Part shown: piece after piece, positions 13,251 to 27,347 of the stretch
Position numbering within the stretch: the first letter of the stretch is position 1
Layout: the number at the start of each line of letters is the position of its first letter
DNA from: Octopus vulgaris
Taxonomy: Eukaryota
Assembly (NCBI GenBank): GCA_951406725.2
Contig: OX597831.1
Coordinates: 82,584,001 to 82,648,000, forward strand
Direction of reading: 5' to 3'
Length of the DNA stretch: 64,000 nucleotides
Translations under genes and position numbers: made by a program
Notes under the pieces: model-generated
Told to the model about the DNA's origin: nothing
Database searches by the model: none
The model's input: only the letters and a program-made list of their open reading frames with translations

Positions 13251-13720
13251 AGTTGAAGTGAAATATATTGGTACAGGTAGACAGCAGGTGAAGGTTCTGC
13301 AGCTATTTTAAAGTTCATCTCATGGTTCAATATCCAGTTTACTTGGCTAACTCTATTTTATTTAAGCCATTTCTGTGATTCTCATGTTTATGAACGGGTC
13401 TGTCCACTGAGTAGGTGTTCTCTAACTGACCACACATTAACAGGTCTGTCCACAGAGTATATCCATTACATTATGTTCTGACTGACCACAAAGTAACTTT
13501 ACTGTCCACCATATTATATCAAACCTGAGCAAAGTGACTAATAACACTAAAGGTATTTAACTTGTCTCTAATTAGTCTTTAGAGTCTCCCTGTCTTAGCA
13601 GCGAATCTCTCTCCACGTTGTACAGGCAGACAATAACTTGTTGGAGACAAAAGCAAAGGAGGTGAATATCTGTTTGTCACATCATGTGTGTGTGTGTGTG
13701 TGTATGCAATGTTGTCTAGT

Positions 13721-13755
<35 letters not shown>

Positions 13756-15245
13756 CAGCAGGGTGCCATAAATTCAACTCAAATAATACAAAGCCGAACA
13801 AAAGTCCTCTCAAACAAAGCAGGCAGCATTTGTTTGAAAAGGTCGTTGGTTTCTGTTAGGATGGGGTTTAGCGATAATTAAATTAAACAGAATATATTAG
13901 AAGTGAAAGAGAGAGGAAATTAAATTAGAAGACAATACAGAAATACTTATGATGAAGATTGTCTGAAACTATTGTTAGGGCCTATTTAATTAGGTTATCA
14001 TCTAGAGTGACCTTTTAATTAACTTCTTTTTAAGCTGATTGCTTCATTGATTACAGTCGCTTTTTTTTTTATTGAATTTGGATACAAAATTGGAAATTCT
14101 TTGTTCTGTTGGCCAAAGAGTTGTGGTTCTTATTGATCACCAGAAGGAATAATATAAAAGTCCCCTGGTCGAGACAGGCTGAATATTTTGAGGTGGTGGT
14201 GGTGGTGGTGTGTGTGTGTGTGAGGGGGTGGGTTGCATATTATTTGAATTTTTAAACTATAATGGTCTTTGATTTGCATAATAATATGAACAACTAGTGA
14301 TTCATGCAAAGAGGAAAGAATGTGATTGGTGAACCCCCACCCCCACAAACAGTACAAGTTTCACTGTATTTGTGTATGGTTTTCTTTCTATGTCTGCACC
14401 AACCCCCTCCATCACCATTATATCAATAAATCAGACACTCTTTGTTACATTACATTACCATACCTATGTGTGTGCATGTGTGTATATATATATATATATA
14501 ATATAAAGAAATTATATTTGTCAGTCTTCGAAATCCTACGCACTCATGGATGTATATAAGTAGAACTCATTAAACCCCCACTAACACCCTTCCCAACTCT
14601 TTATTGTATTTTGAAAATTAGGAAAAGCAATTTCTTTCCATGTATTTGTGGTTTATCTTAGTAAATTAGGATTTTACCTTAATTTAATTTTGGATAAATA
14701 AATTTACTTTGTTAATTACAAACTATTCAATAAAATTTAAATTATATTTCAGTTCTGCATGTGTCGAGAACATGAAGTGTTTGTCTTGAAATCTTTGTTT
14801 TGTTGAAAGACTGATGTAATTTTTGGTGCGGTGCTCCATCACGTTTTGGTTGTCCCTCCCAGTGAATGTCAGGTACATGATCAGGTGTTCAATATTGTCA
14901 TTATGTGGCATCCTTAGGGTGAAAGCTAATTGGGAACCCTTCAATATTCTACTAAGAAATACTACCTGGAACCACAATAATGACCCCAGACAAAAGTAAA
15001 GGAGCCTCAACTCTCAAGAACTGGGACAATTAAAACCAAACATGGTGAATCATTATTTCAGCATTAAACTTTCTCAGAATGTAAAGACAGACAAAATGCT
15101 TGGCAGCATTTTGGCCAGTGTGAGTAATGGATGTACCAGGGTGTCATTTCATTTCTTACCATGGAATATCAACAAAATACTGGAAGTCCCCATGTTATGT
15201 CTGTCTGTCTGTTTCAAGAAGCAACATTTCTGTGGTGGCTGCATT

Positions 15246-15410
15246 TTAACCCTTAAACATTCACCTTACTCTCACAAATGTAATGTTTATTTATTCACAT
15301 TGTTTTCAACTAGTTATTTATTATCTTTTAGCATTGAGATTTTGATAAAGATGATGATGATGATGATATATTTGGGCCAGAAATGGCTGGATTGAATATG
15401 AAAGGGTCAA
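15246..15410. mobile_element. piggyBac-like MITE, internally deleted
   Basis: TTAACCCTT at left and AAAGGGTCAA at right; internal similarity to 25297-25524. Confidence 0.5.
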
Positions 15411-15895
15411 AGAACTAAAGTGAAATAAATTTAGCTCAGCAAATGGTAAATAACAGACTGGACAGTGAGGTGTTGTTAGGAGTCAGTTTGGTAATGGTAA
15501 AAAGAAAATTCCAGCACAATACATTTGTTTGGATGCTTACATCCTTCAAACAATGTAGCTCTATTTGAAGTACTAATTATATATGTGTGTGTGTGTGTGT
15601 GAAGTATATTTGCCACTTAAATGTGGCTAACCACTAAGGGTGGATGCTACTGTAGCTTGTAGCCCCAGGAGGACACCGCCTCCAGCTGGCTATTGACACA
15701 CTTTCTGTGCCCTATCAGTATTTGCAAAGGGAAGATGTTCTCATGCAGCTACTGTTTATACCTCGTTCAGAGATTTATTATATATTAAAAGCACGAGTCA
15801 GTATCTTCTGAGTGACAAGCTTATGTGATTCCATACACCTCTACATCATCATCCTTTAATGTCCGTCATTACGGCTTTTACTAATGACATAAGTC

Positions 15896-16085
15896 ATAAT
15901 AATAATAATAATAATAATCCTTTCTGAAAAAGGCACAAGACTGGAAATTTGTGGAGAAGGGACCAGTTGATTACATCCACCCCAGGATTTTTCACTGGTA
16001 CTTAATTTATTGACCCTGAAAGGATGAAAGACAAAATCGACCCCGTCAGCATTTGAACTCACAACATAAAGTCAGAAGAAATGTA
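15896..16085 (-). mobile_element. SINE family A
   Basis: (AAT)n-CCTTTCT..AGGCACAAG..CTGGTACTTAATTTATTGACCCTGAAAGGATGAAAG..TTTGAACTC. Confidence 0.75.
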
Positions 16086-16104
16086 TCATAATAATAATAA
16101 TAGT

Positions 16105-16157
<53 letters not shown>

Positions 16158-16353
16158 TAGATAAATAGGTAGATATATTATTTAGGCTAATCTAGTTGCC
16201 TGTTACTCTGGGCTTTCCCTAACAGGTGGCCAGTTCCTCAGATGAGATGTGAGAGCAACTAGAGCAACTCCCACCCCACCAAAATAGCCGAGATAAATTA
16301 CTACACTCTACTACAGTGTTGTGAGCCTTTTTCCCTATTCATTAAAACCAATG

Positions 16354-16414
<61 letters not shown>

Positions 16415-17401
16415 GTGTGAGTGTGTGTAAAGCTATTGTCAACAGAAATCAACCGTCCCCTTTCCTCTCGTTAATACTTTGGTTTATTACCATTTGACTG
16501 CAGGCATTTTGCCATCTTTTCTTTCTGATTAGACAACCTTACACATCAACCACATTTTTATAATAAACACACACACACACACACACACATTGCATAACCA
16601 CCATTGTGTGATTTAAACAGAGTAAGTGTTTTGCATCAAGTCACAATTTGGTAGTCAAACTCCTTCAGCCTTTGCAGAGCTGAACACTTTTAATTTTCTA
16701 ATTTGCGGGTTAATTAGATACAGCTTTTGAAAGCAACCATTTGTAAACCCTTGCTTTAATGTTACAGCCCCATATTGTAGATGTTGATACATAACACAGA
16801 CTAAGAAGGAATATAGCAGTGCATATGTTTCTTAAATGGTGATAATGACTCTACCATATTCGAGTAAAGCTTAGGCCACCAGCACCATTGATGGTGTTTG
16901 AACCATTTATTTGCCTCTTTCAAGTTGACAATGTTATTAATTATATAACAGAATGCCAATTAATGCAACCAGCAGTTTGCTCCCCTTTTAATGGTTTTAT
17001 TATATCTTGACAATATAAACTGCTGCAGACATAATGCATGGTTGCCCCAGCAGGGCCAGCTTGTGATACTTTCCTGTCACGAGTCAAGGTTTATGATGTT
17101 CAATATGTTTTATTACAGTAAAACTTTAGATTCCATTAACTTAAAGATTTCAAAGTGGTGGACTGTGAGAAAGAAGTGTTATATGGATTGGTGAAAACAG
17201 ATCTAAATTAGCTGAATCATAATGTGCTGTAAGGAATAGGGACCTGGGGAAGTACAAGGTAGCACTCGTGTATATTAGATGGAAATTAATTACTTTATTT
17301 AGATTGCTAACAGCAACAGTAACAACAACAACATCAAGTGGGCACCAAGCCAGTTCAACACACACGCACATATGCACACGCACATATGCACACGCACATA
17401 T

Positions 17402-17441
<40 letters not shown>

Positions 17442-17537
17442 GTAAGGCTGTATAAACTAGTAAAGAAGCCAGGTTGAGAAATATATTGGATTTTGTTATT
17501 GATTCACTTTTTCGCAAGACATTGATCTATTTTACAA

Positions 17538-17578
<41 letters not shown>

Positions 17579-17766
17579 ACAGCAGCAGCAGCAGCAGTGT
17601 TGTTGTGGGTAGAGGTGATGGTGGGGGTGGTGGTGCTATGAACAACACAAAGTAAAAGGAAGAGCAATGAAGAAGACCAAAGATGGAAGAGATTTCAATG
17701 TTGTTTGTGATGCTGACTTGCAAAGTGGAAAGGATTGCTGAGGCAGCGTTTCAGTAACTACGTATG

Positions 17767-17800
<34 letters not shown>

Positions 17801-18014
17801 ACACACACACACACACATGAATCGTAAGGTTTCTCAAACTTTTCCGATCTCTTTTTGTTCCTTTCATAAGAAACACATACATAATCATCATCATCATCAT
17901 CAATGACATCAACAGCAACAGCAGTAACAACCGAACAGAAAGTGATGCTGCACAGCCTTTGGGAAGATGGAGGCAATACTTGGTGGGGCAGAACTCATGG
18001 AACTGTTTTGATAA

Positions 18015-18965
18015 GAACTACCACAAATTTTGGCACAAAGCCAGCAAGTTCAGAGGAGGGAGCTAGTCGATTGTTTGGCCTTAACCAGTTGAGCATGTCC
18101 CTTGGTGGCTACCGATATGTGCATCTCTGATCATGAGCAGAAGTAGTGGGGGAGCATCATAGCCAAGTGTTGAGAGGAATTCTTTGGAGTTGCTAAACTG
18201 GTACTTATTTTATTGACCTCAAAGAGAATGAATGGCAAAGTTGACCTCAGCAGAATTTGAACTCAGAACATGACAGACAAATTGCTGTGAAGCATGTACA
18301 TTGTTTTGGTATAAAAGGTGGACTACAGCAAATATTCTGCTCAATACCACAGATTTGCTGGTCAGTTGTTTGGCTTTAACCAGTTGAGCATGTCCCTTAG
18401 TGGCTGACAATATGTGCATCTCTGATCCAGAGCAGAAGTAGTGGGGACCATCATAGCTATGTGTTGAGAGGCATTCTTTGGAGTTTGAATAATTCACCTC
18501 TGAGAACATGGGTGTTTTGTTCATCATCCTTAAACAACCCTTATTCAGGAATTTTTCGAGTGGGATGGGTTACTCGACCAGAAGAATATTCTGACTGGGC
18601 CCCATCTGCAAAGTCATGTGCTGTTAATCTTGATATGAGGTCCCCATGTCGTGCACATATGGTTGTGATGCATGTGCCTGGTGTACCCTTAGCAGACAGG
18701 TAGTCATGATGGGTATATTGGGCTTCGTATATTTGTACCCCGGTGCCACTTTGATGACATGGTGCACTAACAAATCTGCCAACTTTGTGGGGAGGTGAGT
18801 CGATCACACTGACCCCACTGTTCAACTGGAACTTATTCTATTGCCCCTGAAAGAATGATTGGCAAAGTCAATCTCAGCGGAATTTGAACTCAGAACATGT
18901 AGATAGGACAAAATACCACTAAACATTTTATCCAGTGTGCTAGCGGTTCTACCATTCACCACCTT
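18015..18965. mobile_element. Interleaved mosaic of SINE-A (minus) and repeat family D (plus)
   Basis: SINE-A 18020-18070, D 18070-18190, SINE-A 18195-18295, D 18310-18765, SINE-A 18770-18965. Confidence 0.7.
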
Positions 18966-19284
18966 TGTAGTAGTAGTAGTAGTAGTAATAGTAATAATGG
19001 CTACCACATTAGTTTTGATGGTGAACATTCAGAGATGTCTGAGGAATTATTTTGTTAAATTAATAAGTGGCTGAGTATTCAACAAAGATGTGTCCCTTTA
19101 AGGTAATCCTCAGTCAGAATCGCTGCGACTCAGCGACACAACCTTTGAATTCCTGCTGTCATCCAATTACAAGACTTCATGCAGCTTTTGTTGACCTTAT
19201 TTCATGGAGAAGGTTTTATTTCACTTGAAACTATTGTAAAGACACTTGCCTATGATGTTAAATTGTTAAATTGCTTAAATTGCT

Positions 19285-19467
19285 TGGGGTTTGGTCCGGA
19301 CCTCCAGGGGGACAAGAAATGTGGGAAGGTGATGCAAAGTAGTCAATCTCACACAGAAATGGGCAGAGAGGAAGCTGTTCCTGAAAACTCAGGTGGAGGT
19401 GGTGAATGCATACATCGCTTCCATCATCTATTACTACCTGACTGTCATCCCTTGCCCTGCTTCATGG
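19285..19467 (+). mobile_element. Internal fragment of Tx1-like LINE, inverted near-copy of 22130-22312
   Basis: About 180 bp differing at only a few positions from the reverse complement of 22130-22312; both translate QSSQSHTEMGREEAVPENSGGGGECIHRFHH. Confidence 0.85.
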
Positions 19468-19509
<42 letters not shown>

Positions 19510-19516
<7 letters not shown>

Positions 19517-19735
19517 ATGTGTGTTTGTGTGTCTGTGTTTGTCCCCCTACCATCGCTTGACAACCGATGTTGGTGTGTTTAAATCCCCATAACTTAGTGG
19601 ATTGGCAAAAGACACCGATAGAATAAGTACTGGGCTTACAAAGAATAAGTCCTGGGGTCAATTTGTTTGACTAAAGGTGGTGCTTCAGCATGGCCACAGT
19701 CAAATGATTGAAACAAGTAAAAGAATAAAAGAATA
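19510..19735 (+). mobile_element. SINE family B, 3' half
   Basis: GTTTGTCCCC..CATCGCTTGACAACCGATGTTGGTG..GCATGGCCACAGTCAAATGA.TGAAACAAGTAAAAGAATAAAAGAATA. Confidence 0.75.
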
Positions 19736-20939
19736 TTAACAAAATTAAAAAGAATAACACCAGAGGACACAGCAAGATAGTGGGAAGTTCCAGGATAAAA
19801 TTGGGTGGAAATATTGGAATAAAAGTATTCAACAAAATGCTAGAACACAATTAATCATAAGCAGTGCGTGTGTGTGTGTGTGTGTGTGATAGCTCTGCAA
19901 GAGTGGTCCATCTTAACTGGCAGGGCACATACCAACACATTGAGGTAGCAAGTATTTGGAAAGCTATTAGGATTGAAAAGGTCCTTAATTTCTGGTTACC
20001 ATGGATATATGAAGTGGTAAACAAACCAGAATCAACACGAGACTGGCTGCTGAAGAGGGAAAACAATGTTAATTCCCCCAAAATAACAGTATCAAGGAAA
20101 GCCCCTATAATTCCAGGCCTAGAACTGATTTGTCAGCATCCACACAAGAGTATAGTTACACATCTGAAGGGCAATATTATGTTAGTAGAGGAAGAGAGAG
20201 GATGCTGCAAAAGAATGAATGTTTCCATAGCCACCAGACAGAGGATCTCTGGTTCCCCATTCAAAGGAGAAACAGTGATCCTGATGTCAGGCTCGGCTGA
20301 TAGCAACAATGGCTCCAGCAATTCTTGGACACTGGGCAGTTTCACTGTTGAGCACACATTTCAAACAGGCTGAAGAATTTATCTGAAACTAGCAGAACCC
20401 ACTGATAGCACCACCAGATATTTATGGAAGTTGTCCAAAGTCTCCGGGATGAAAGTCTTCCGTTCATGGTATTGAACTTTAATGGAGCCCAGAATCTCCC
20501 TTAGTCTGTAATAGTTGATGGGCCACCAATCTTGTTGCTTGGCTGGCAGAGAACTGTGAGCACCTGGCAACAGGTACGCAACCTTAGTTTTCCTTTGACC
20601 CAAGGACTACAGTTCTGTCAAAGAGACAAATAGCAGCCAGATCTTCTCATCAACAGTCTGTTGATGTTGTAGTGTTAGTACATGTCTATATACCACCAAC
20701 CATGGCAGGCTGTGGTCTCCACACAGAGAGGACTATCTGGACAGTGGAATATCTTCCATCTACTGGAAGTAAAATAGTAGATACTCCAGCTTGGGCTTAG
20801 AAAATGGTCAAGTAGTAATAAATGACAGAAGCTATATAAATTATTTCGCACTATTGCTTGCCCTTACTCAAATATTTGGGTATAAATGGGCTTCATATAT
20901 TTGTACCCCAGTATCATTTTCATGACATGCATTGTTCTC

Positions 20940-20989
<50 letters not shown>

Positions 20990-21127
20990 TAATAAATGTA
21001 AATGAACAATCTGGTGTGTTTGTTTTAATGGCCTACCAATGTCTACAGTACATTTCTCTGTCCTAGGTGTCAGGAAGACACTCAGCAAGAAATGGAAACA
21101 GAATTGAAAGAAGATAATAAGGAAAAT

Positions 21128-22795
21128 TATAATAATAATAATAATAATAATATTACTTTCTTTTATTGACCATGAGAGCCAAACACAAAACAAAGAGGAA
21201 CAATACAATACAAGGGACAAATGGGATGTTGAACAATGCTGCGTATACAATAAGTAACAAAACAATTTAACAATAAAAATTCCCCAAAAGTAGGGAGTTC
21301 CTCATAAGCACAACTGCAGAACCCTACTCAACCTTGTTGTCCCGACCGCCAGGTGCACCTCAGCAGGCATCTCTCTCCTTCACAAATCCTGTTTACAAAC
21401 AGAAGTTCAGGGTAGGCCCATTCACACAGACCAGTCCTGTCACATACATCCACCATTCAACAGACTTACACCGGGGCGGGGGGGGGGGGTTAGAACTTCC
21501 CTCTCTACCCTCACTTTCCTTTGGATCCGCCCTACATGTGTTAACAGCTGTTTGACAAAGCTTCACAAGTAGTAATGCACAGACACTGGATGAGTGTATG
21601 TGAGATGGTTTCATTGTCCTGCGCACACCTCGGAGAGGTACATCTGACAGCACTTCCATCTCTGTAGAGCCTGTCTTGAATTGGCAGAGCTTCCTGGCAG
21701 CACTGCCAAGCCAAGGATTTATGGAAGTTATCCACAGGCCCTGGCCCCAAAGTTAATTGATCCCTCCCAATGTCCAGAGTTTCCCCAAGGATGTCATCAT
21801 TCTTGCCTATCACTGATCCCCTATAAGACTCCATAATGGAACTTCCACTGACCACGTTGCCCAACTGGCAGAAAGCTGTGAGCCCTTGCTGACACTCCAG
21901 GTGCCAAGTGCCCTTTCTTGGTCTATGTTTGATCCAGGACTGTAACTCCGTCAATGAGATGAGATGTGGAAAATCCTGCTTGACAAACAGCAACTGCACC
22001 CGTTCACCATTAAGAAAATGCTGGAGATGTTGTAGCCTCAGTGTGTGCCTGCACATCATTAGCCATGGCATGCCCAGTCCTGCATGCAGCAGTTGTTGAC
22101 AGCAGATGGATCATCTGATGATGGTCAGCCATGAAGCAGGGCAAGGGATGACAGTCAGGTGGTAATAGATGATGGAAGCGATGTATGCATTCACCACCTC
22201 CACCTGAGTTTTCAGGAACAGCTTCCTCTCTGCCCATTTCTGTGTGAGATTGACTACTTTGCACATCACCTCCCCACATTTCTTGTCCCCCTGGAGGTCC
22301 AGACCAAACCCCAAACAATTTAACTGGTTCTTCTGTCCAGCACCCTATAACACTGTTGGTTGTTATGGGCCTGTCTCTCCAGGTGCCGAGCTGCTGGCCC
22401 CCACAACTTTTCCTGATTAATTTTTGCTCCTGTCACTGCTTTGGACTCCCTTAAGGTAGGGCCAATCACTTGCTTTCTTAGCTGTCCAACACTATTACAG
22501 TGACGTCTTCCCCATAAGCCAACACAAACCCTCCTTGCAGGATGCCCCTCAAAATATCCAACTTCCTCAGTAATGACTCGAGAGCCAGCATGTACAGAAG
22601 GGGTGAGAGTGGGCATGCTTGATGGACCAAGAGAGCAATGCTAAATGATTCCAATAATTGGTTGTTTACTTTGACCTCCAAACAGATGCTGTTATACATG
22701 GCAGTGATCCAGCCCCTGAAAACAGGAGCAAAGCCAGCTGCTGGGAGGACAGCCACCAAGTATTGATGGTCATCCTGGTCAAAAGCTTTTGGTTG
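21128..22795 (-). mobile_element. Tx1/L1-clade LINE, 5'-truncated and frameshifted
   Basis: RT motifs CPLSPLLYMLALESLLRKL and AYGEDVTV (degenerate YADD); WAERKL..VVNAYIASIIYY; zinc knuckle PRC..ETISHTLIQC; 3' AATAAA followed by (ATT)n. Confidence 0.8.
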
Positions 22796-22857
22796 ATGAT
22801 GATGATGGAGGAGGAGGAGGAGGTGGAGAAGAAGAAGGAAGGAAGGAAGGAAGGAAG

Positions 22858-24012
22858 GAAGGAGTGCTGTAGGAGAATAAGACTTCTACTAAAGATTGGA
22901 CTCAAGTCTCAAAATCGCATTGAAGCCATTAACACCCTGGCACTTCCAGGAGTCCAGTACAGTTTTGATATCATTAACTGGAATCCTACACAACTCTCAC
23001 TCGTGGACAAGAAGGTAAGGAAATTATTGACAACTATGAATATGCACCACCCTTGGGCAGACGTTGACTGTCTGGATCTACCTAGATGTAGTGGAGAAGT
23101 AGAATGGACAATATATTCTCCAAGGTCAAAATGTTGATGTAGATCAAACAACAGCCCATGAATAGCTGATGAGTTCAGGATTGGAAACAGACTGAAGCAT
23201 TGATACTGGTAGAACAAGATCAGAAATTACCAGGGCTAATGTTCTTCAAAATGGTGCTGACCCAAAATGCAGATTCTGTGACACATTTGGCAAAACAATA
23301 AACCATCATGTTTCAGGCTAAATGAATACAAAAATCACCACAATAGGGTTGGGCAGTATTTATATTGGAAAAAGTGCAAACTCTACATAATCAACTCTCC
23401 TGCTAATTGGTATGAACACCATCCAGAGCCAGTGGTTGAAGGTAAAAATGTCACCATCCTCGGAGATTTCCCAGTCAACACTGACAAAACAACCCAGGCT
23501 AATCGACCAGAAATAATTATCAAAGACAGGGAAGAAAATACGTGTAGGCTAATAGATGTAAGCGTTTCCACCTGTAAAAATATATCTGCAAAAGAATTTG
23601 ATAAGCTTAGTAAATAAAAGGACCTGGAAAGTGAAATACTAAAGTTGTGGAATCTTCAAGCAAAAACTGTCCCTGTTATTGTAAGTGCCCCAGGTATGAT
23701 AAAAAAAAAGGGATGTCAGAAACATCTAGACAACATCTCAGGAGAACCATTTCTCATCAAAGAAATCCAAAAGATTATGCTGACAAGTACTGCCCACATC
23801 CTTAGAAAAACCCTAACAATTTAAATGTTTGTGTTGTGTTACATGAATGCATTTCCCTTCATCCCCTTCCCAAGTTTTTGGTCATATTTCAACATCACTT
23901 AACCTTCCCTTGCCCTAGGGCACTGGGTGTGTCCCAGGAATTGACCATATCAATCATGTAGGTTAAAAGCAAAATTACAATAATAATAATAATAATAATA
24001 ATGATAATAATA
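22858..24012 (+). mobile_element. R4/Dong-type non-LTR retrotransposon, 3' part with (AAT)n tail
   Basis: RRIRLLLK..NRIEAINTLALP..MHHP; PKCRFC; ANRPEIIIKD..LIDVSV (REL endonuclease); STAHILRKTLTI*; 3' UTR ending in (AAT)n. Confidence 0.85.
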
Positions 24013-24215
24013 ATGGTTTCAAATTTTGGCACAAGGCCAACAATTTTATGGGAGAAGAAAGTTGATTACATAGACCCCCAGTACTTAACTGGTAATTATT
24101 TTATTGACCCTAAAAGGGTGAGAAGCAAAGTTGGCTTCAGTGGAATTTGAACTCAGAACATAAACATGAATGCAAGTGCTTCATCTGGTAGTCTAATGAT
24201 TCTGCCAACTTGCTG
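24013..24215 (-). mobile_element. SINE family A, tail-to-tail with the Dong element
   Basis: GGTTTCAAATTTTGGCACAAGGCC..GGAATTTGAACTCAGAAC..TTCTGCCAACTTGC. Confidence 0.75.
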
Positions 24216-24229
24216 TCATAATAATATGT

Positions 24230-24813
24230 AGAAAGCCAGGATTTGACCATACTGATTAATGGTATGAACACGAACTTAGTAAAATACTAGAAAGGAAGAA
24301 ATATAAGATGTTGTGGGACTTTAACATTCAGACGGACAGCGTAATAGAGGGTAAAAGACCTGATTTAGTAGGAGTCGACCAAGAGGCCTGAAAGTGCTAG
24401 ATGAGCAGAAAGTGAAGAGGAGGGATATAGAGAAGGTAGCAAAGTACCAGGACCTAGCCATTGAGTTACAGAGACTATGGAAAGTGCAGGTAAAATATAT
24501 CCCTGTAGTTACAGGTGCATTAGGAACTATCCCTGAAGATTTGAATAGACGGATAGAGGATATAGGCACAAAACCTAGTTTAGCACTGCTCCAGGAAACA
24601 GTATTATTAGAAACAAGTTGGAAATTTAGGAAATGTTCTTTGTATCTAAGGTTACTTGTTCTAGCCTGATGGTAGGAATTTCTCTTTTGCAACAGCTTAG
24701 AAGCTGTTGTGTGTATATAAAAGAATAACAATGAAGGGAATGATAAGCTTGGGATTGGAAGAGACTTGTTGATGTTGTTGTTGTTATTTTGGTTGTGATA
24801 ATAATGTAATAAC

Positions 24814-24866
<53 letters not shown>

Positions 24867-24870
24867 CAAC
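24230..24870 (+). mobile_element. R4/Dong-type element, second subfamily, endonuclease end
   Basis: WDFNIQTDSVIEGKRPDLVGVD, then EKVAKYQDLAIELQRLWK..IPVVTGALG (ORF 24394-24669); (AAT)n tail. Confidence 0.75.
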
Positions 24871-24871
24871 A

Positions 24872-24995
24872 ACGGTTTCAAATTTTGGAACAAGACCAGC
24901 AATGTTAGGGGAGGGGGTCAGTTGATGTCATCAACTCTAGGACTTCACCAGTACTTATTGCAATGACCCCAAAAGGATAAAAGATAAAGTTGAGG
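24872..24995 (-). mobile_element. SINE family A, 3' part
   Basis: GGTTTCAAATTTTGGAACAAGACCAGC..GACCCCAAAAGGAT. Confidence 0.65.
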
Positions 24996-25296
24996 AGTGG
25001 TGGTAAAGCTGAATATAAAATTAAATTATGGACATTTTAACTGCACAAAATTCTAAACAAATCCTATCCACCATTTCACATTCCCTTTTGATGCTGGTCT
25101 GGGTTAAACACATGTGCCATACTTTAAATCTGTTCCAATGTCAGAGGTCACACAAGATAAACCTGAATGTTTTCTTTATGTTTGTGTTGGACTCCTGACA
25201 ATGAAGAAGAGTCAACAGAGTCTATTACTAAGTTTTTCCCCACTTGTTCATGATTATTTTTCTTCACTTGGATTGTTAATTAGCTTTTAATTATAA

Positions 25297-25524
25297 TTAT
25301 CTCTTTAGCATTCAGATTACTCTGTCAAGCATTGTGCTTATTAATTCACCTTGTTTTGAATTAATAACGCACTATCTCACAGCTTCAAGATTTTAATAAT
25401 GGGGATATTTATTCTTAGAATGACAGTGTAGGGTAGGTGTGAGAGGCCAGATGTTGCCAGTTTGAACATAAAACAAGGAGAATATTTGGGCTGGATTTGG
25501 CCAGTTCAAATGCTAAAGGTGACA
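25297..25524. mobile_element. piggyBac-like MITE (degenerate)
   Basis: CTTTAGCATT..AATGCTAAAG inverted termini; homologous to 15246-15410. Confidence 0.5.
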
Positions 25525-27295
25525 ATTTTTATTTAATTTGTCTAAAATATGCCGGAAATGAGTTGTTATTAATAAGCTTATAAATTACTATTGTATAGTT
25601 ACAGTGGATATATATATATACATATATACATATATATATACATATAGTTCCCACACACACAGTAATGATGAGATTAATAACCTGGAAAATAACTTTTTTA
25701 ATTTAGCCATCACTTTTAGGATATGAAGCATCAAGCTACTGAGAGAAAGGAGACACAAAATAATAGCCAGTGTTAGAATAGATTGATATAATCATCATCA
25801 TCATCATCATCATCATTGTTTAACATCTGCCGTGTGTGTTGTGAATAACAGAGTAGTGGACAACCAACTGAAATTGCACAGGTCTGCATCTTGCAACCAT
25901 GGCTACAGTGTAAACATGCCCTGACCGCCTGGCTGTAAATAGGTATCACCATGTCAGAATAATTGACCAGTGCAAGTGGTAGTAGCACTCCAGACCCAAC
26001 AACTGCCTCAACAATTTTGAGCTGATGAAGAGAGCTGGATGCTCTTCCTGTGGACTGAGGTGGAGATGGGACGTGATTAGCTTGTCGAGAAGAGCAGAAT
26101 GAGAGAGCGTACATAGGAGAGTAGTAGTTGTAGTGTGTTGGAAAGTGAATCTTTGTTAGTTGGTAAAAATGGACCCTTTTTTAATGGGTGTAGGGCAAGG
26201 TTAGTTTGCGAATGGAGCTACAGTACCATCTCAAGTACATGACCATAGTGCTAATGAAGATCTCAAATGTGTTTTATAGATGGTCGACAAAGATCGAGGA
26301 TGAAGTAGTTTCAGAAACACAAGCCTCGTATTTTAGAGATAGAGTGTGTGAATGCGTACATGTGTGGACACCATGAAAGGCCCTCAGTGGTTATAAGGTC
26401 TCTCTGGAAGGTGCAGATAATATGGATTCTTCAATATGTAACACATATGATTCAAAAGACAATGTTGATGGTGTCACCAACATGGATGGATGGATGTACA
26501 TGTGGGCTGACTTTAAACAATTTTATCTCAAATAACAAAACAGCAACATCATGTCCCTCCATGTTGTATGGATGGGGAGATAGAAGGTTGGTGGCAGGAA
26601 GGGCATCTGGCTGTGAAACACTCACTTGCAAAAACACAGCCAATTTAAGGCAACATGGAAAGGTGCATGATGACGATGATGATGATGATGATGATGATGA
26701 TCCCCTCGTGTGATATAAATAGTAAGACACAACCCCCCCCCCCCAGCAAAAGTGTCTATCAACAATTGTGCCATGGATACTGGAAAATCTAATAATAATA
26801 ATATTAGTAGTAGTATAAGTTAAAAGCTGTGTTTACTATGAAAGACCTGATCACTTTCAATATGTCATCAGAGTCAGCTATTGGATAAGCTCAGAGGTTA
26901 TTTTTGATTAGGAGAAGGTCATAGTGAAGAGGCCGGAGATTATACCAACGTGAAGAGGAGGAACCATGCTACACAACCACAGCAGTTCCTTTCATAGTAG
27001 AGCAAATCAATACAAGTAGATTCCAGATTTTATTCCCATGTTACAACTATTGGCAGCCGTGGTGGTGGTGGTGGTGGTGGTGGTGTAACATTGTTGCTGT
27101 AATGATTGACTAAGTTCAGGCGCTTGGGCCTGCTCCATGCTGGTCTGTCACATGGTGCACACTTCCTAAACAAACGCTCATCATGTCAGCTAAATAAACA
27201 CAACAGTGAAAATAATAACATCTCAGTAAATACTATTAATTTATATGCTTGCAATCATATTTACAACATTATTTATAATAATATTAATAATTGCT

Positions 27296-27347
<52 letters not shown>

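Noticed and set aside
13395-13510. Degenerate short direct repeats (also 59246-59309, 34954-34979) and a 9-bp-arm inverted repeat at 20648-20666
   Set aside because: Ordinary slippage-scale events with no sign of function
19864-20800. 169-aa plus ORF and overlapping minus ORFs
   Set aside because: No recognisable domain; a faint resemblance to a decayed LINE C-terminus is too weak to call
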